This document shows, in pieces, positions 49,215-61,382 of a stretch of 64,000 bases of DNA (position 1 is the stretch's first letter; each line of letters opens with the position of its first letter). The position numbers were made by a program, and so were the translations under genes. Source of the stretch: Bilabrum cf. latius (taxonomy: Eukaryota); NCBI GenBank assembly GCA_965178125.1, contig OZ237758.1, positions 868,001 to 932,000 of the forward strand. The letters run 5' to 3'. The notes beneath the pieces are model-generated. The model made no database searches. It worked only from the letters and a program-made list of their open reading frames with translations, and was not told the DNA's origin.

Positions 49215-51728
49215 ATGTCTGACCCATCGCTGGCTGTGCTATGGAGTGAATTAGATGCTGTCATAGATGAGAGTCCGCGAAAATCATCTGCCTTGCACCG
49301 AATGAGGCGCAGCATGGCCCAGCCGGCTAATGGCAGCAAACGACAGCACGGCTTCCATGCGTCCTTCCACGGGAATAGGAGCGCAAAAGCAGCGTCCAAA
49401 CATTATTCGATATCATTAAACTAGCACAAAATTTCGGCAAACCACTCAAGCCAAGCGCGTCGAAGAGGGGCAGCGGGTAGCAGTCGAAAGCGGCTCACAG
49501 GCAAGGCCAGGGGCCCATCTGCCAGAGGAGGTTCTAGCTCACGCCGCCCTTTGTGGCCGCCGGTTGCCGGTGTGGCCGTACAATCTCGCCCGGACAAGCG
49601 CGCCCTCGCAAGAATCATGGCCACTGGAGCCCGCCGGCCGTTCGTCGGCACGCTGGAGGCGGCGTGGGCCGATCCTCGGGGCACCGCCGACAGCGGGAGC
49701 GGATTGGGAACAGCATCAGGGGGCCGCCGCTCTGTGCACTCTCGGGACACAGCTGGGCGAGAGACCGGCAAGCCCTTCCAGCTTGTTTCCAGCGAAGGAC
49801 CAACCGCAGCTCCATTCCAGGACCTGAGGGCGGGGGCTCGTGCGATGCACTCGCCCGGAGCAGCGAGCGGCAGGCACGCCGGGCAGCTGAGGCCGCCGGA
49901 GCTGTGCGCCGTGCACTCCACCCCGCTCGACGTGCCGTTTCATGCTCCTAGAATCAAGGCCGCCCGCAAGCAGAGGGTGCGGTAGCCAGCTGGGGCACCA
50001 GTACCAGTGGGCATGGGCAAGACATCTGCCGCGCCCATGCAGGCTGCAAGCGTCCCGGTTGCAACCGCAAACGTGAGCCCACAGCCGGCTAGCGCGAGCG
50101 ATAACTCGGGCAAATCAGCTCAGATATAGTCGCCTGCCCACGGCGTAGCAACCGCTGGGCTGCCTCCGGTAGACGGACAGGCCGCCGAGCACGACCAGTC
50201 GCGTGTCCGAGCCGCTGCAGAGGACCAGGGCGAGGGCCAGAAGCATCTCCCACGCGCCTCCATCACATGTGTTGCCGCCCCTGTGATGGGTCTTTGGTGC
50301 GAGACCGCCACGAGGCATAGGTAGCCTTCGAGCGAGGGAACAAGCAGCGAGGACGGCGAGGCGGAGCCTGCCCCTGCCCCGCCCACGGCCCGCGGGTCGC
50401 CAAGGGAATCGGCGGCAGGCGGCAGTGCACTGCACCCGCACCGTTAGGCGCTTGATTAGCAAGACGTGGAAGCGAGCGATGCATCTGAGCTGTCGGATGA
50501 TGCCCTCCTTGACCTGGTGCTCGGGGCACTCGGGCACGCCGGCCAGCCTCATCAGCAGGAGCCGCAAGGTCAGCCGCAGCTGCGGTGGCACCGGCGCGCC
50601 CCAACAGCCGATGAGATCAGAAGGACCGTGCGACCCGACCTGCTGGCAGCCGGCAGCGCTGGAATGTAGGCTACAGGACGAGCACACGCGGATCTGGCGG
50701 CGCGGATCGACAGGCTGTCGAGGGCCCATGGCGCGGGGGAGGCATCGGCCCGCGTGGAGAGGGCGGGGGCGCGCGCATGGCGGGAGCGGCTGCAGGGCGA
50801 GGTGCAGGAGGGGAGAAAGGAGGCAGCCGAGGGGGTGCAGAGGGTGTTGGAGGCTATCAGCGGGCTGGGGCGGGGCTAGGGAACAAGGGCAAATGCGGGG
50901 GATGGCGTAGGGCGGAAACCAGTCAAGGCTGTGCTTGCCGCAGAGACACCAGGGGCGGCTGTGGCATCACGGGTGCCGGAGGTGCCGCCGGTTGCAACTG
51001 CAGATGGACCGATTCAGGCTCCGAGTAGCCTGGGGCAGGTCACGGTGCGTGTATCGCTGCCTGAGCCGGCCAAAGAGCAGGAGGAGGAAGAGGAGGACCC
51101 CAGCGGATCGGCAGCTGATGCAGCCGCTGCAGCAGCTCGATCCGCCGGAGCCTGGGCCCGTGTGGCATTCTCCCGGGCACTGGCCATGCCTCTGGGGCGA
51201 GCTGCTGGAGAAGATGATGATGAGAAGGAGGAGGAGTCGTCTTTGGGGACAGAGAGCACCCTGGGGAATGTGGGGCTGGAAGACTCGGGGCAGAGCAGCG
51301 CGGGTGGGGCCCTGCTGGGGCGGCTTGACGAGAGCGGTGCTTCGGGTGTGACGAGTGCAAGCGGCAGCACGCTGAGCGAGGGCGAGATCAGATGGGGCAA
51401 GGGGGGCGCACAGCCGTAGGATGCGGCATGGGCCAACGGCATGGATATGGGCATGGCAAGCAGTGGCCTGTCCAGCCCCAGCGATGACAGCAGCAGCAGC
51501 AACGGGCGCTATGTGCGCGAGCGTTGGAGCTCCGGCAAAGGGGGTCGCACAGGGGGCAGCCGGTCGAATGAGTAGCGTGCCATGGGGATCCGTACGGGCA
51601 TGGGTAAGGGGGGACACTCTGCCAACGCGGAAGAATAGGAGGAGGAGGAGGAGGACAGCTTCAGCCTTGGAGAGATAGTGGAGGCGGAGCAGGGGGGCCT
51701 CAGGATCGGAGGGGTATCGGGCGAGTGA
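49215..51728 (+). CDS. Low-complexity, probably disordered protein, about 837 aa, about 11 in-frame TAG
   Basis: Frame from ATG 49215 to TGA 51726 contains no TAA or TGA but about 11 TAG. It is divergent from DOHH and no domain was recognised. Confidence 0.65.
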
Positions 51729-52981
51729 CTTGATTAGTCGATCAGGAAACATTCGGATGCAGGCAGTACGAGACAAGTGCCCAACCCTGCAAGGATTTAC
51801 TCGCTTTATAGAGGCCATCGCTTCACTTGCTCTCCTGCGGGAGGATTGGGAGACGATCCAGGCTGCAGTGGATACGGGTGCTGCAGCAGAGTGCAGCAGC
51901 CTCGAGTTTTGCTGGTGGCGGCAGTAGCAAATAGGACCTGCACCTTCGCCTGCCAATGGCACTTGTATTGCTAGTGTACTGCATGATGGCATGGTAGCCG
52001 CTCCTCGAGGGGCGGCGGCAGGGGCAACCGGTGACGTCGTAATCCGTGTATCTATTGGGTCATTTCAATGCCACTCTATGAAGACGACTTACGCGGACAC
52101 ACCTAGAGTTTTTAACCTTGACCTTAAACGCAAAAATCAGAAAGCATGACTCAACTTGAACAACGCTCAGAATGCAATCGCCACTTTTGCCGCCCAGTAG
52201 CACCATACCCCCGTGATGGACTCCCACCCGGCTGGACCAAAATGTCACCTACATTATGATGCATCACTTCTTTGAGCCACCTCTGCCCCCCGCTGCCCCC
52301 TTTTCGGGTGCTGGTGCGGGCTGTGCCCCGCCTTGCCACCTGGATCCGGATCCGCCCTCTGTACCAGCCGCTTCTTCTCCCGTGTAGCCTTCAGCGCCAA
52401 TAGCGATCATCACTGGAACGAAACAGCGAAAGAAGCACACGCCTACGCACATGAACAAGAATGCCACGTAGAAGAGCGTCTCCGAGTAGCGGCGCACCGT
52501 CCCGTCGCAGGCTAGAGCCCGAGCATTGTTCTGCCAGGTGCCCTTGCTTGCCGCCCGAAGACGGCATACGACACTAGAAGATCAGTAAAATTCGGAGTGC
52601 TCCACCTCGCTCCCTTGTCGCCTACCGCTGTAACGCCGCTCCCGACTTATCTGTGACTGCCGATCCTTCCGACGACGGCATCTGGACGGGGGGGTTGCCA
52701 CCCCTCCTATCCCCCAGCCTAACCCTGAACCCCTCGCCGGGGCCCTCGGGCCCCACCGCCCCCTTCCACATTCCTGCACTGTCCGTGTCCCTCGCTTCAT
52801 CCACCCCGTCCACCTTTTCTCCATTCCACCCACACCCCTTTTCCTTCACCTCAATCACGGCCCACGACATGTCGACTCGCCCAAGCGCTGCGCCCAGCGC
52901 ACGACCTCAGCCTTAGAGGTGCAAGCCTAGATGTGCAAGCCCCTCATGCAATTAGTATGCAAAGATTAAGAAGCCATCATT

Positions 52982-55368
52982 TCACTTTTCCCCCTTGCCA
53001 CCGTCCGCCTCTTTTCCCTCCTTCTCCTGAGGGGGTACCACGGCTCCCAAAGGCTCAGAGTCTCCGATGGCAGCATAGTAAGCGCCATAGTACGCCGCGT
53101 AGTAGTGCGCCTGGGCTAGCTGCGCGCTAGTTGCCGCCCCTTGCACCCAGCCGGCTCCCTCGGGCGGGTCCTTGGCCCCTGGGCTGCCCTCCGGCGCGGC
53201 GGGGCACTGGCTGCAGTACTCCCCCGTGGATGCGCACAGGGAACAAAACCAGTCCTCCTCGGGCTACCGCCGCAGGGCCAGGGTCAGTGCTGGCACAGTG
53301 GCCTGCGTGACCGACCGCACCAGGGTGTGCTGCAGCGTGCGGGCCAGGGGAACAGCCACCGCCTCGGACACCTCTGCCGTGAGTCGGGCAGCTGCCTCGG
53401 GGATGATTGCGGCTGCCGCTTCCCTTGCGATGCGGTCGGCTGCAGGCTCCGCCACTCGCTCGGAGACCATCTGCTCGATGAGCCTCGCGCTCGACTCGGA
53501 TACCGCCTCGCCCGCGGTCTCGCCCAGGGGCGCAGCCACCTGTTCGGCCAGACTCCCAGCCAGCGAGTGCGTGAGCAGCGCATTCACCTCGCTGACCAGC
53601 CCCGGGTCCGCCCCCTGACCCAGATTCTCGTCCAGCGCGCCCCCAAGAGCAGACCCCATCACACCTCCGATGATCGAGGTCACCGGCTCCAGCAAAGTGT
53701 CCATCACCGGCTTCAGCAGACCCGCCAGACCCGCAAACCCGTGGGAAGCGAGGTGCTGAGACCGGGACAAGGACCTCGCCGCCGCTCGCGCCGCCACTGC
53801 CGCCCTGGATCTCGCGTGCAGGCCGCCCTGTGCCCCCGACTGCAGCATGGAAACTTCCTCCGCGAAGCTGGTCCCGCCCTACGTACCACTAACCCAATCG
53901 GTGCCCACCGGCTGCGCCCCGCCCGACCCGATCGCATGCTAGACCCCGTGTGCCCCCGGGGCTCCCTTCACCGGCCAGGGGGCCCTGTTCCCTGAGTCCC
54001 CCTTGCCCCCTTCCACTTCCAGGCAGGACCTGGCGGCGGCATCGGCCGACCGATGCATGGCCAGCGCCCTGCCATGCCCCTCATCTTGCGACCAGTGCGT
54101 GTCCCCATCATGTCCCTATTGTGGGCTGCTCTCTTTGAGGTCTTGCCCGTGGCTAGTTCCCCGCGGGGCGGTACGCTCTCGCCACAACGGCGCGCCCGTG
54201 TCTGCGAGCACCGCAGAGCAGTGCATCACTGGATCGTCCCCGGTCGTAAAGTGCGCCGCAGCTCCTGCCGCCCTCGCCCACTCCACCGGTGGACTCTCCG
54301 GCTGACTGCCCCCACTCACCGACGGCCCCTTCACGCCCGCGCCACACCTTGGCCTCACTTCCACCTGCACGCCCTCCCGCTTGACGGCACTGCTCCACTC
54401 GGCGCCCCCATCCTCCCCCTGGTCCTAGTCCTGGTTGTGGTCCTGGTCGTGGTCCTGGTCCTGGCTGCCGAGGCCCCGTTGCTGCCCGGAGCTGATGGCA
54501 GCTGGCAGCAGCAGCGCCACCACTCTGGGGTGGGAGGCCAGCGCGGGCCCCATGCCTCTGGCCGTCGTGCGCCAGCTGGCAGGCAGTCTGCAGCAAGAGA
54601 GTTACTCCAAGCATGAAATGCGAATATAGTGGACAGCATGCACGCGAGCGGGAGAGGAGGGGCGATGCGGCGTGCATCTATACAAAGGCCAGGGGCGTTG
54701 TTCCTCACGATGAGTGCAGCACCTCCAGTGCGCGTGCATCCACAGGGACAGGGTCAGCTTCGCCCACCGAGGCAGGCTCTCCACCTGGTTGCTGATCCTG
54801 CCGCGAGCCTGGTGGACCCAGTGCCTGCACGGTGCCATGCGAGGCGTGTGCGGCTGCCACGCGGAACACGGAGGGGGCACCGTCCGTGATGACTGGGAGA
54901 ACGGCCGGTCGGACGGTCCATGATGCTCTCTTGACGGCGTCACGACCCTGGTGCGCGCTACCGTTGGTGCTAGTCGGCAGCTCGCACTGCAGCCGCCACG
55001 GCCGGCTCGCTGCAGACGGCTCCATGCACGGCGCCTGCGGCCGGGCCGTGACTTTCGTATTGCATGGCTGTGGCAGATGTATGAACAGCGCCCTGCAGTG
55101 TAATAGGAATTTGCACGAGCGTGTGACAGTCCATGTCGCACATTATCAGTAGTCAGGTGCACACGCTCGTCTGCGACGCAACTCACTCTAGCCAGAGCCT
55201 TAGCGTGGAATTATCCGCACCAGACCAGAATACGGAGGGATTTCGAATCGAAAGCGACGCATGTGCGATTTCATAGGAAGAAACTGGAAATGGCGCCGGC
55301 TCGATCGGAATCGCACGCGATACTACACAAAGCAAGCCCACAATGAGAGCAAGTCGAACACTCTGCAT
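52982..55368 (-). CDS. Secreted protein with a helical region, CxxC...CxxC and Tyr-rich C-terminal motif; exons 55187-55368, 54709-55092, 52982-54587; 5 in-frame TAG
   Basis: Signal peptide MQSVRLALIVGLLCVVSRA. Phase-consistent GTGAG...TGCAG introns at 55093-55186 and 54588-54708. C-terminus WFCSLCASTGEYCSQC...HYYAAYYGAYYAA. Ends TGA. Confidence 0.6.
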
Positions 55369-55581
55369 GATGAATACGCCTGTCTGAATCTGGTTGCGGC
55401 AATCTATCACCTCAATCGAATCTCGGGCATGATTTGGCGGCAGTTGCACCAGACATGATGTTCCGTATTTCTCGCTCGCCGCGCATTGGCGCCGCAAGCA
55501 CCTTGGTGTTGCGGAACCTTGCAACAGGACGGTCGAGCTGCTGGCAAAGAAAGCGCTAGTGCGCCCGTTTTAGAGTTGGAA

Positions 55582-58500
55582 ATGTCCTCCAGCCGGCGAG
55601 CTCCGGGTGTAGATGAGGGTAAGGCACGTACATCTCGATACGAGTGATACTGTATCCGGCAGTATCTGCAAAACTCTGGCTTTTATGCTCTTACACGCCA
55701 GTTTGCGATGCCTCCCGCTAGTCACCACATCTGTGCGCCTACGTCGCTAATTGTGCGCCGCAGAGACAATACGATAGGCAAAGGAAGATGTTGAAAAGCT
55801 GATAGACGAGCGACGAATGCTAAAGGACGGCAGCCACCCGACCTTGATCGCTCGCTCCCAGCTGTTTCAGGCGCAACTCGACAAGAGAGTGCAACAAGCG
55901 GAGTCATATCTGGCTTTCTAGAAGCAGAGCGCCGAGTTGCAGTGTAGGTACGAGCAGTGGGAAGCCAAGCAGCTGTATCGGCAGGCGTACGAGGACGCTC
56001 GCGCAGATCTTGACCGTATGGTTGCCGACAAATTGGAAGAAGCCAGGGCGTTTGCCTCCGGTAGAGGTGAGAACAATTAATCATACGGATGGTCTCTGCG
56101 CGGTTTCACGCGATATGCGTCCCTTACGCCCCAGCCGTCCCGTACGCTCCAGCACCCCTCGTGCACCGACATACGTGCTCTCCCTCGCAGGTCGGCTGTC
56201 CGCCCGCTCCCGTCGGTCAAGGCGGGGGGCTGCCTCAGAAGGGGGCCAGCTTGGGGCATCGTCATCCGCAGGGGCGTCGGGGCCTGGGGCAGCAGCCGCG
56301 GGAGCTGCCGCATCGGGAAGCGCGGGTGGGGTCGCCGCCGGAATCGGGGCCGCTGGCGCCGCGGGCGATGAAGTTCCGCAGGTGCGCATGCCAGGGGAAG
56401 GAGGCATCCACGGGCAGGAGGCCACGCAGGCCGCCGTGCAGAGAGCCGCTGCTGACGCGGTGAGGCACGGTGCCACCGCTGGTGCCCTCCCCGGCCCCCA
56501 GCCCCTGGACCTCCTCCTGGCGGGGGAGACGCCTCTGCCCATGAGTCTGACGAGGGCAGAGGTCATGGACGACATGAGGGCTGTGTTCCTCGACTACAAG
56601 ACGGCGGCCCAGAGGTACGCCAAGGCCACGAGCCACCGCCTGCTGCCCGTGAGGGTGGACAAGGGCGTGCTGTATTGCGGCTCCGAATCCTTCCAGTCCG
56701 GCGAGGCCGTGGTGGTGGTCAGCGAGCTCTCGGCTCAGGCATTCCCCGGCACCCTCATCGGAGCCAACGCGGTGGAGGCGGCCTGCGAGCTAGCAGACGG
56801 GACGAGGGCGAGGCTCCCGCTGGCCTACCTGCGTGCGGGGCGGCTGGTGATCCGCAAGGCGGCGGGGGCGCGGGGCGGGCTGCAGGACCTGGACGCTGAC
56901 CCCCTGCTCAACGGACATGCGTCCAGGGCGCGGGTGCAGGCGGCCACTAGGGCGGTGCAGCGCGCGGCGGCGGTCGCCTCTGAGATTGTGAGGCGGGAGC
57001 GGGAGGCGCTGCCCGTGCGGGAGGCGCTGGAGGAGAGGAGGAGGCTGGAGGCAGAGGCTGCCAGGGAGGCGCTGGAGGCAAAGGCACAGGCCAGAGAGGC
57101 GGCTGCTGCGGCTGCCTCCTCTTCCTCCTACTCCGCGTCTTCCTCCACTCCATCGGGCGCTGCTGCCGGCGCGGGGGCAGGAGAGGGCACCCACGGAAGC
57201 AGCGGTGGGGGTGCAGCTGCTGCTGCTGGCTCTGGCGCTCCCCCCTCGGGCGGTCGGAGGTCGAGGGGGCGGCCGGCGGGGAGCGGTGGAGGGGCCGGGG
57301 GCAGGAGGAAGGGCCGAAACGGTGGGCAGGCCGGGGGATAGCAGCAGCAGCAGCAGCAGCGGCAGGTGATGGGAGCTGCAGGTGCAGGCGAAAGTGAAGA
57401 TGGCCACATGGAGGAACAGGGGCTTGGTAATGCCTCTGGCCAACAACCCATGGAGGGGGGCGATGACGGGGGCAAAGGAGCCCTGGAGGCGCTCAACGAC
57501 GCCGTGGGTGCCGTGGCGGAGGCGGAGCTCGTGGCGGGCGGGGGTGTGGCGCAGGCCCGTGGGGAGTACAGTGGAGGTGGTGTGACGAGTGAGGTGCGGC
57601 AGCCCCCAGCGGTTGAGCCACAGGTGCAAGCACAGCCACAGGCGCAGGCACATGCTCAGCCACAGCCCGGCATGGATGGGGCGCATGGCGAGGGCCCGGT
57701 CGAGTCGTCGGAATCGGGTGCTGCACCGGGGCAGGCCCAGGGAACAGACGGGGATTAGGCCCAGGGAACAGGCGGGGATTAGGCCCAGGGAACAGGCGGG
57801 GATTAGGCCCAGGGAACAGACGGGGAGCAGACCAGTGGTGAGCCGGCGGCCGGGTCAGGAGCTGCAGTCGCGGGCGGCGATGATTTGGCGGGGCAGCCTG
57901 CCCCTGCCCCTTCAGCGGTGCCTGGGCAAGAGGAGCGAGGAGCGGGAGGGCATGGGCGGGGGGCACAGCGGACTGGGTCTTTGTTGACAGGTGCGGGTGC
58001 GGGCGAACAAGGCAAGGAGCAGGAGCAGGGACAGGGGTCCATGGGTGGTGCAGGAGCCTAGGCAGAGGCGGGCGAGGCACAGCTTGTGGCTGCAGGCCGA
58101 GGCCCGGCTGGGTCTGGGCCAGTAGCCGAGAGGACAGTGGTGCCGGCAGCATCTCAGCCAGCGAGCGCAGGTGCAGTGCACGGTGCAGCAGCAGGGCAGA
58201 CCTCTCCTATCCAGTAGCAGTAGGAGTAGGAGGGTGATGATGATGGAAATGCCGAGGTGAAGCATGCGGGGGGGGCTGCGCCTGGCCAGGCCGATGCAAT
58301 GCAAGAAGAGGTGGCTCCTGTGAGCCAGGGCCAGGCACTCGGTGGGTCAGGACCAGCGGCTGTCGCTGCATCGCCTGCTCCATCAGCCTAGGCACCTGCA
58401 TCAGCAGCCTCCACCTCGTCATCCTCGACCGCACAGGCAATGCCTGCACCGCACAGATCCGCGCCATCAGTCCAGCCGATCGAACATGCCAGCGGGGAGC

Positions 58501-58997
58501 AAGAGGGTAGCGGCGCGGGATTGGGACCGGTGGTGCCTCCTACTCTGCCTGGGACACAGACTGCCATTGGGTATGAAGGGGGGGCGCTGGCACTGGCAGG
58601 AACGGGGCAATCGGCAATGAGCGGGAGCAGCAGCAGCAGCAGCAGTGCAGAGGTAGGAGCAGGAGCGGGGGCGGGCGCGTCGACTGGCGGTTCGTCGCAG
58701 CCATCCGGAGCGGGTCCAGTCCTTGGGAGCAAGAGGGCGAGGGGTGACGATGACGATGACGGGGCGGGAGGCGGGTCTGGGGAGGGCGCTGAAGGGGCGC
58801 CCGAGAGAGGGGGGGGCAGCAGCAGCGGTAGTGGGGGGGCAGGGGCAGCAGTAGGGGGGGACGCTGCAACGGTGGTACGACTTGGCGGGGCACCCGTCGG
58901 CGGCAGTGCAGGAGGGTAGGGGGAGGGCGGCGGTGAGGGCGGCGAGCGGCCTGGCAAGGTGAGGGTGGTAGACGGCGAGGGAGAGGGGGAAGGGTGA
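55582..58997 (+). CDS. Sds3/SUDS3-like Sin3-HDAC subunit with a long low-complexity tail; exons 55582-55618, 55764-56066, 56191-58997; about 12 in-frame TAG
   Basis: Coiled coil with LKDGSHPTL. C-terminal module LTRAEVMDDM...VRVDKGVLYCG...DGTRARLPLAYLRAGRLVIRK resembles SUDS3. Phase-consistent introns at 55619-55763 and 56067-56190. Ends TGA. Confidence 0.75.
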
Positions 58998-59117
58998 TTC
59001 GGTCATTGGCGTTGCGTAAGTGCCCAATGTTGATGCATTGAAACCGCTGGCTAAGTTTGGTGAATCTACATCTAATACACTATGTTCCCATGACAAACGC
59101 GAGCTCGGTTTGCGGCC

Positions 59118-59576
59118 TTACTGCCGCGACAGTGATTCTCGTGCCGCTGCCACTGCCTATGAGTCCGCGGCTGGTCCTACGGCGTTGCCTAACTCCTCGT
59201 GCTGTTTCATCCACGAGGCATCCGGGTCATCACGAGGAATAAAAGATGGAGAACCAGCTCGTATCTGTGGCAGCAGATCCATCAAACCCTCCCATCGGTC
59301 CTTTCGTCGAGGCTGCTCTCCTGTTCGCAGCCACTTGATGCCACCTGCACCAGCCCCAGCCACCGTAAGCCTGCAAAATAAATTGTGTAGAAAAGTGCCT
59401 CCACGCTTCCGCTAGACGCGGGTACCACGACCAAATACCGAATGATATGCTTGCTAGTGCCAGACACACTTCACGAGTACGGGACACAGACTCTACCACG
59501 TCACTCACGTCACAATAATTGCAGCATAGGCTGGAAATATTTGAATAGCCGTCTTGAATGATGGGCCCATCTGCAT
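59118..59576 (-). CDS. Small single-TM protein resembling complex I subunit NDUFA1 (MWFE); exons 59509-59576 and 59118-59370; 1 TAG, TAA stop
   Basis: Spliced sequence IQIFPAYAAIIVTLTVAGAGAGGIKWLRTGEQPRRKDRWEGLMD resembles NDUFA1-type proteins. GTGAGT...TGCAG intron at 59371-59508. Confidence 0.5.
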
Positions 59577-59710
59577 GATTGGCCGTGCAGCCGAAATGTG
59601 GCTTCTGCTGCGACACTATACCAGACAAATTGAGGCTATTGTTGCGTTCGATCAAAGAGGCGAACAACTGCAACTTCCGCTGTAGCTACGCACTAGACTC
59701 AAACAACGCT

Positions 59711-60736
59711 ATGGAGCTGCACTATAGTGCTATAGAAGCCATTCATCCACGTGCATTTCAGGAAGAAGCTTTGAAAAGGGGTTTGCGATGCGACGGACGC
59801 AAGCTACTGGAATGCAGGAGAGTTGGTGTTGAAGTTTTACCCCGGGCAGACTATGGCAACTCTGTTCTGGCATCTATTGGATCGACCCAAGTCATTTGTG
59901 GCCTAAGAATATCTAGAGTGGACTGTGGCCCTGTGGCCACCCCAAGTCCTGTTGTTCCGGAGGATGTGCCTGAGCCCATGGAGCCTGATTCAAGCGCTAG
60001 GGCTGCACCATCAAGCGAGGCAGCAGCCCACGAAGCGCACTTTGAGGTCCAGTATTCTGCATTGTGCGGCCAGCATAGTGCTAGGGCCGGTTCGAGCGGC
60101 GTTGGAGCAAGCTCAGTAGGAACAAGACAGCCAAGAGAAGCCATGAGGATATCTCGTCTTCTGCAACGTGTGTTCCAAACAAGCAAATGCCTAGATCTAG
60201 CCAAGTTTCCTTCGGTTCCTTCGGATGATGAGGCTTCAGGCACCGCTAAAGCACAAGCGTGGAAATTGGAAGTAACGTGTATCGTTGTAGTTGACGACGG
60301 GGCGACAGACGCCGCGTGTGTAACCGCTGCCGCAGCGTGCTTATCAGCTGTCACTTTTCCAACTAGCAATGACTCCATTGGCTCCAGCTGTAACCTATTG
60401 GGTCGCGTGCCAGTGGCGCTGTCTCTCGCTATCGTCGCCACAAAATCAACCGTAGACGGCACGTAGCTATTGCCCGATGCAGAAGCTCGGGAAGAGGCTC
60501 TTGCCGAGACTGCAGGTTCAGTGGTTGTGGAAGTTAGCGGATCCCAACCATAGATTCTTGCGATCGATTTTGCTGTGGGCTCTGGATCATTTGCTAGAAG
60601 CGCTGAAGCAACTAGTGTGGCGAAAAAAGCAATAACGTTTATTGCAAGTAATGCAGAAGGTTTGACGTATACTTCCCAAGTCATGTCTGCGATTCGATCT
60701 GTAAGAGAGTGTGCTACAGCACGATCACTCTCGTGA
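59711..60736 (+). CDS. RNA exosome RNase PH-like subunit, most like RRP43; 2 in-frame TAG
   Basis: IHPRAFQEEALKRGLRCDGRKLLECR, NSVLASIGSTQVICG, AWKLEVTCIVVVDDGATDA. The LLPDAEAREE motif lies beyond the TAG at 60464. Second TAG at 60551. Ends TGA. Confidence 0.82.
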
Positions 60737-61382
60737 CAATGAACTATGCTTTGATCGATTAGATTCATAGTGACAAAAAACGCTCTTGATCGTGCTCGGA
60801 CACTATATCACACAATCAGTCAACGTTTGATAAGTCTTTGTAATATTTTTTTGGGCGCTCCATGATATAATTAATTATACTTTCTGCTAGTTTGTTTCTC
60901 ATGCGGTGTTTCAAATACTTCTGAACGGAGTGAATTGTAGTCGATGTGCAAGGTGTTTCAATTCATGATTTTACGTATTTGAGCCCAGGAACAGTTTCAG
61001 ATCCCAACCACAACCACTAATCGTTTTGGGGCCCGCCCGCCGGCGAGTGTATGCCAACTCTCCGTTTACAATAGTAAAAATAAGACTCTTCATATTATTC
61101 AGGTCGCAATTTAATTTGATTGTTTACAATTTGCATGCTGGTACTGCGCTAATTTCCGATAGAATTCCTAAAGGTACAAGTTTTCCTATCATCTTCTCAT
61201 GGGCTGAGGCTTTCGACCCGGCTATATCAAATGTCTGCTAGTATCCAATTTGGTCAAAATTTCTTAATGATCGTTACTTTTTCTTTGTAGTCGACATGAT
61301 TACGATGCAATGTATCTTAACTGTGATTCAAATGTTGCAAATTTCAAAATCCCTTTCTTGCCAAAGGCAAACAAAGGCGTTC

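Noticed and set aside
52264-52870. Possible small minus-strand gene or extra exon with one hydrophobic segment
   Set aside because: I could not build a consistent start or splice model, and no homology was recognisable.
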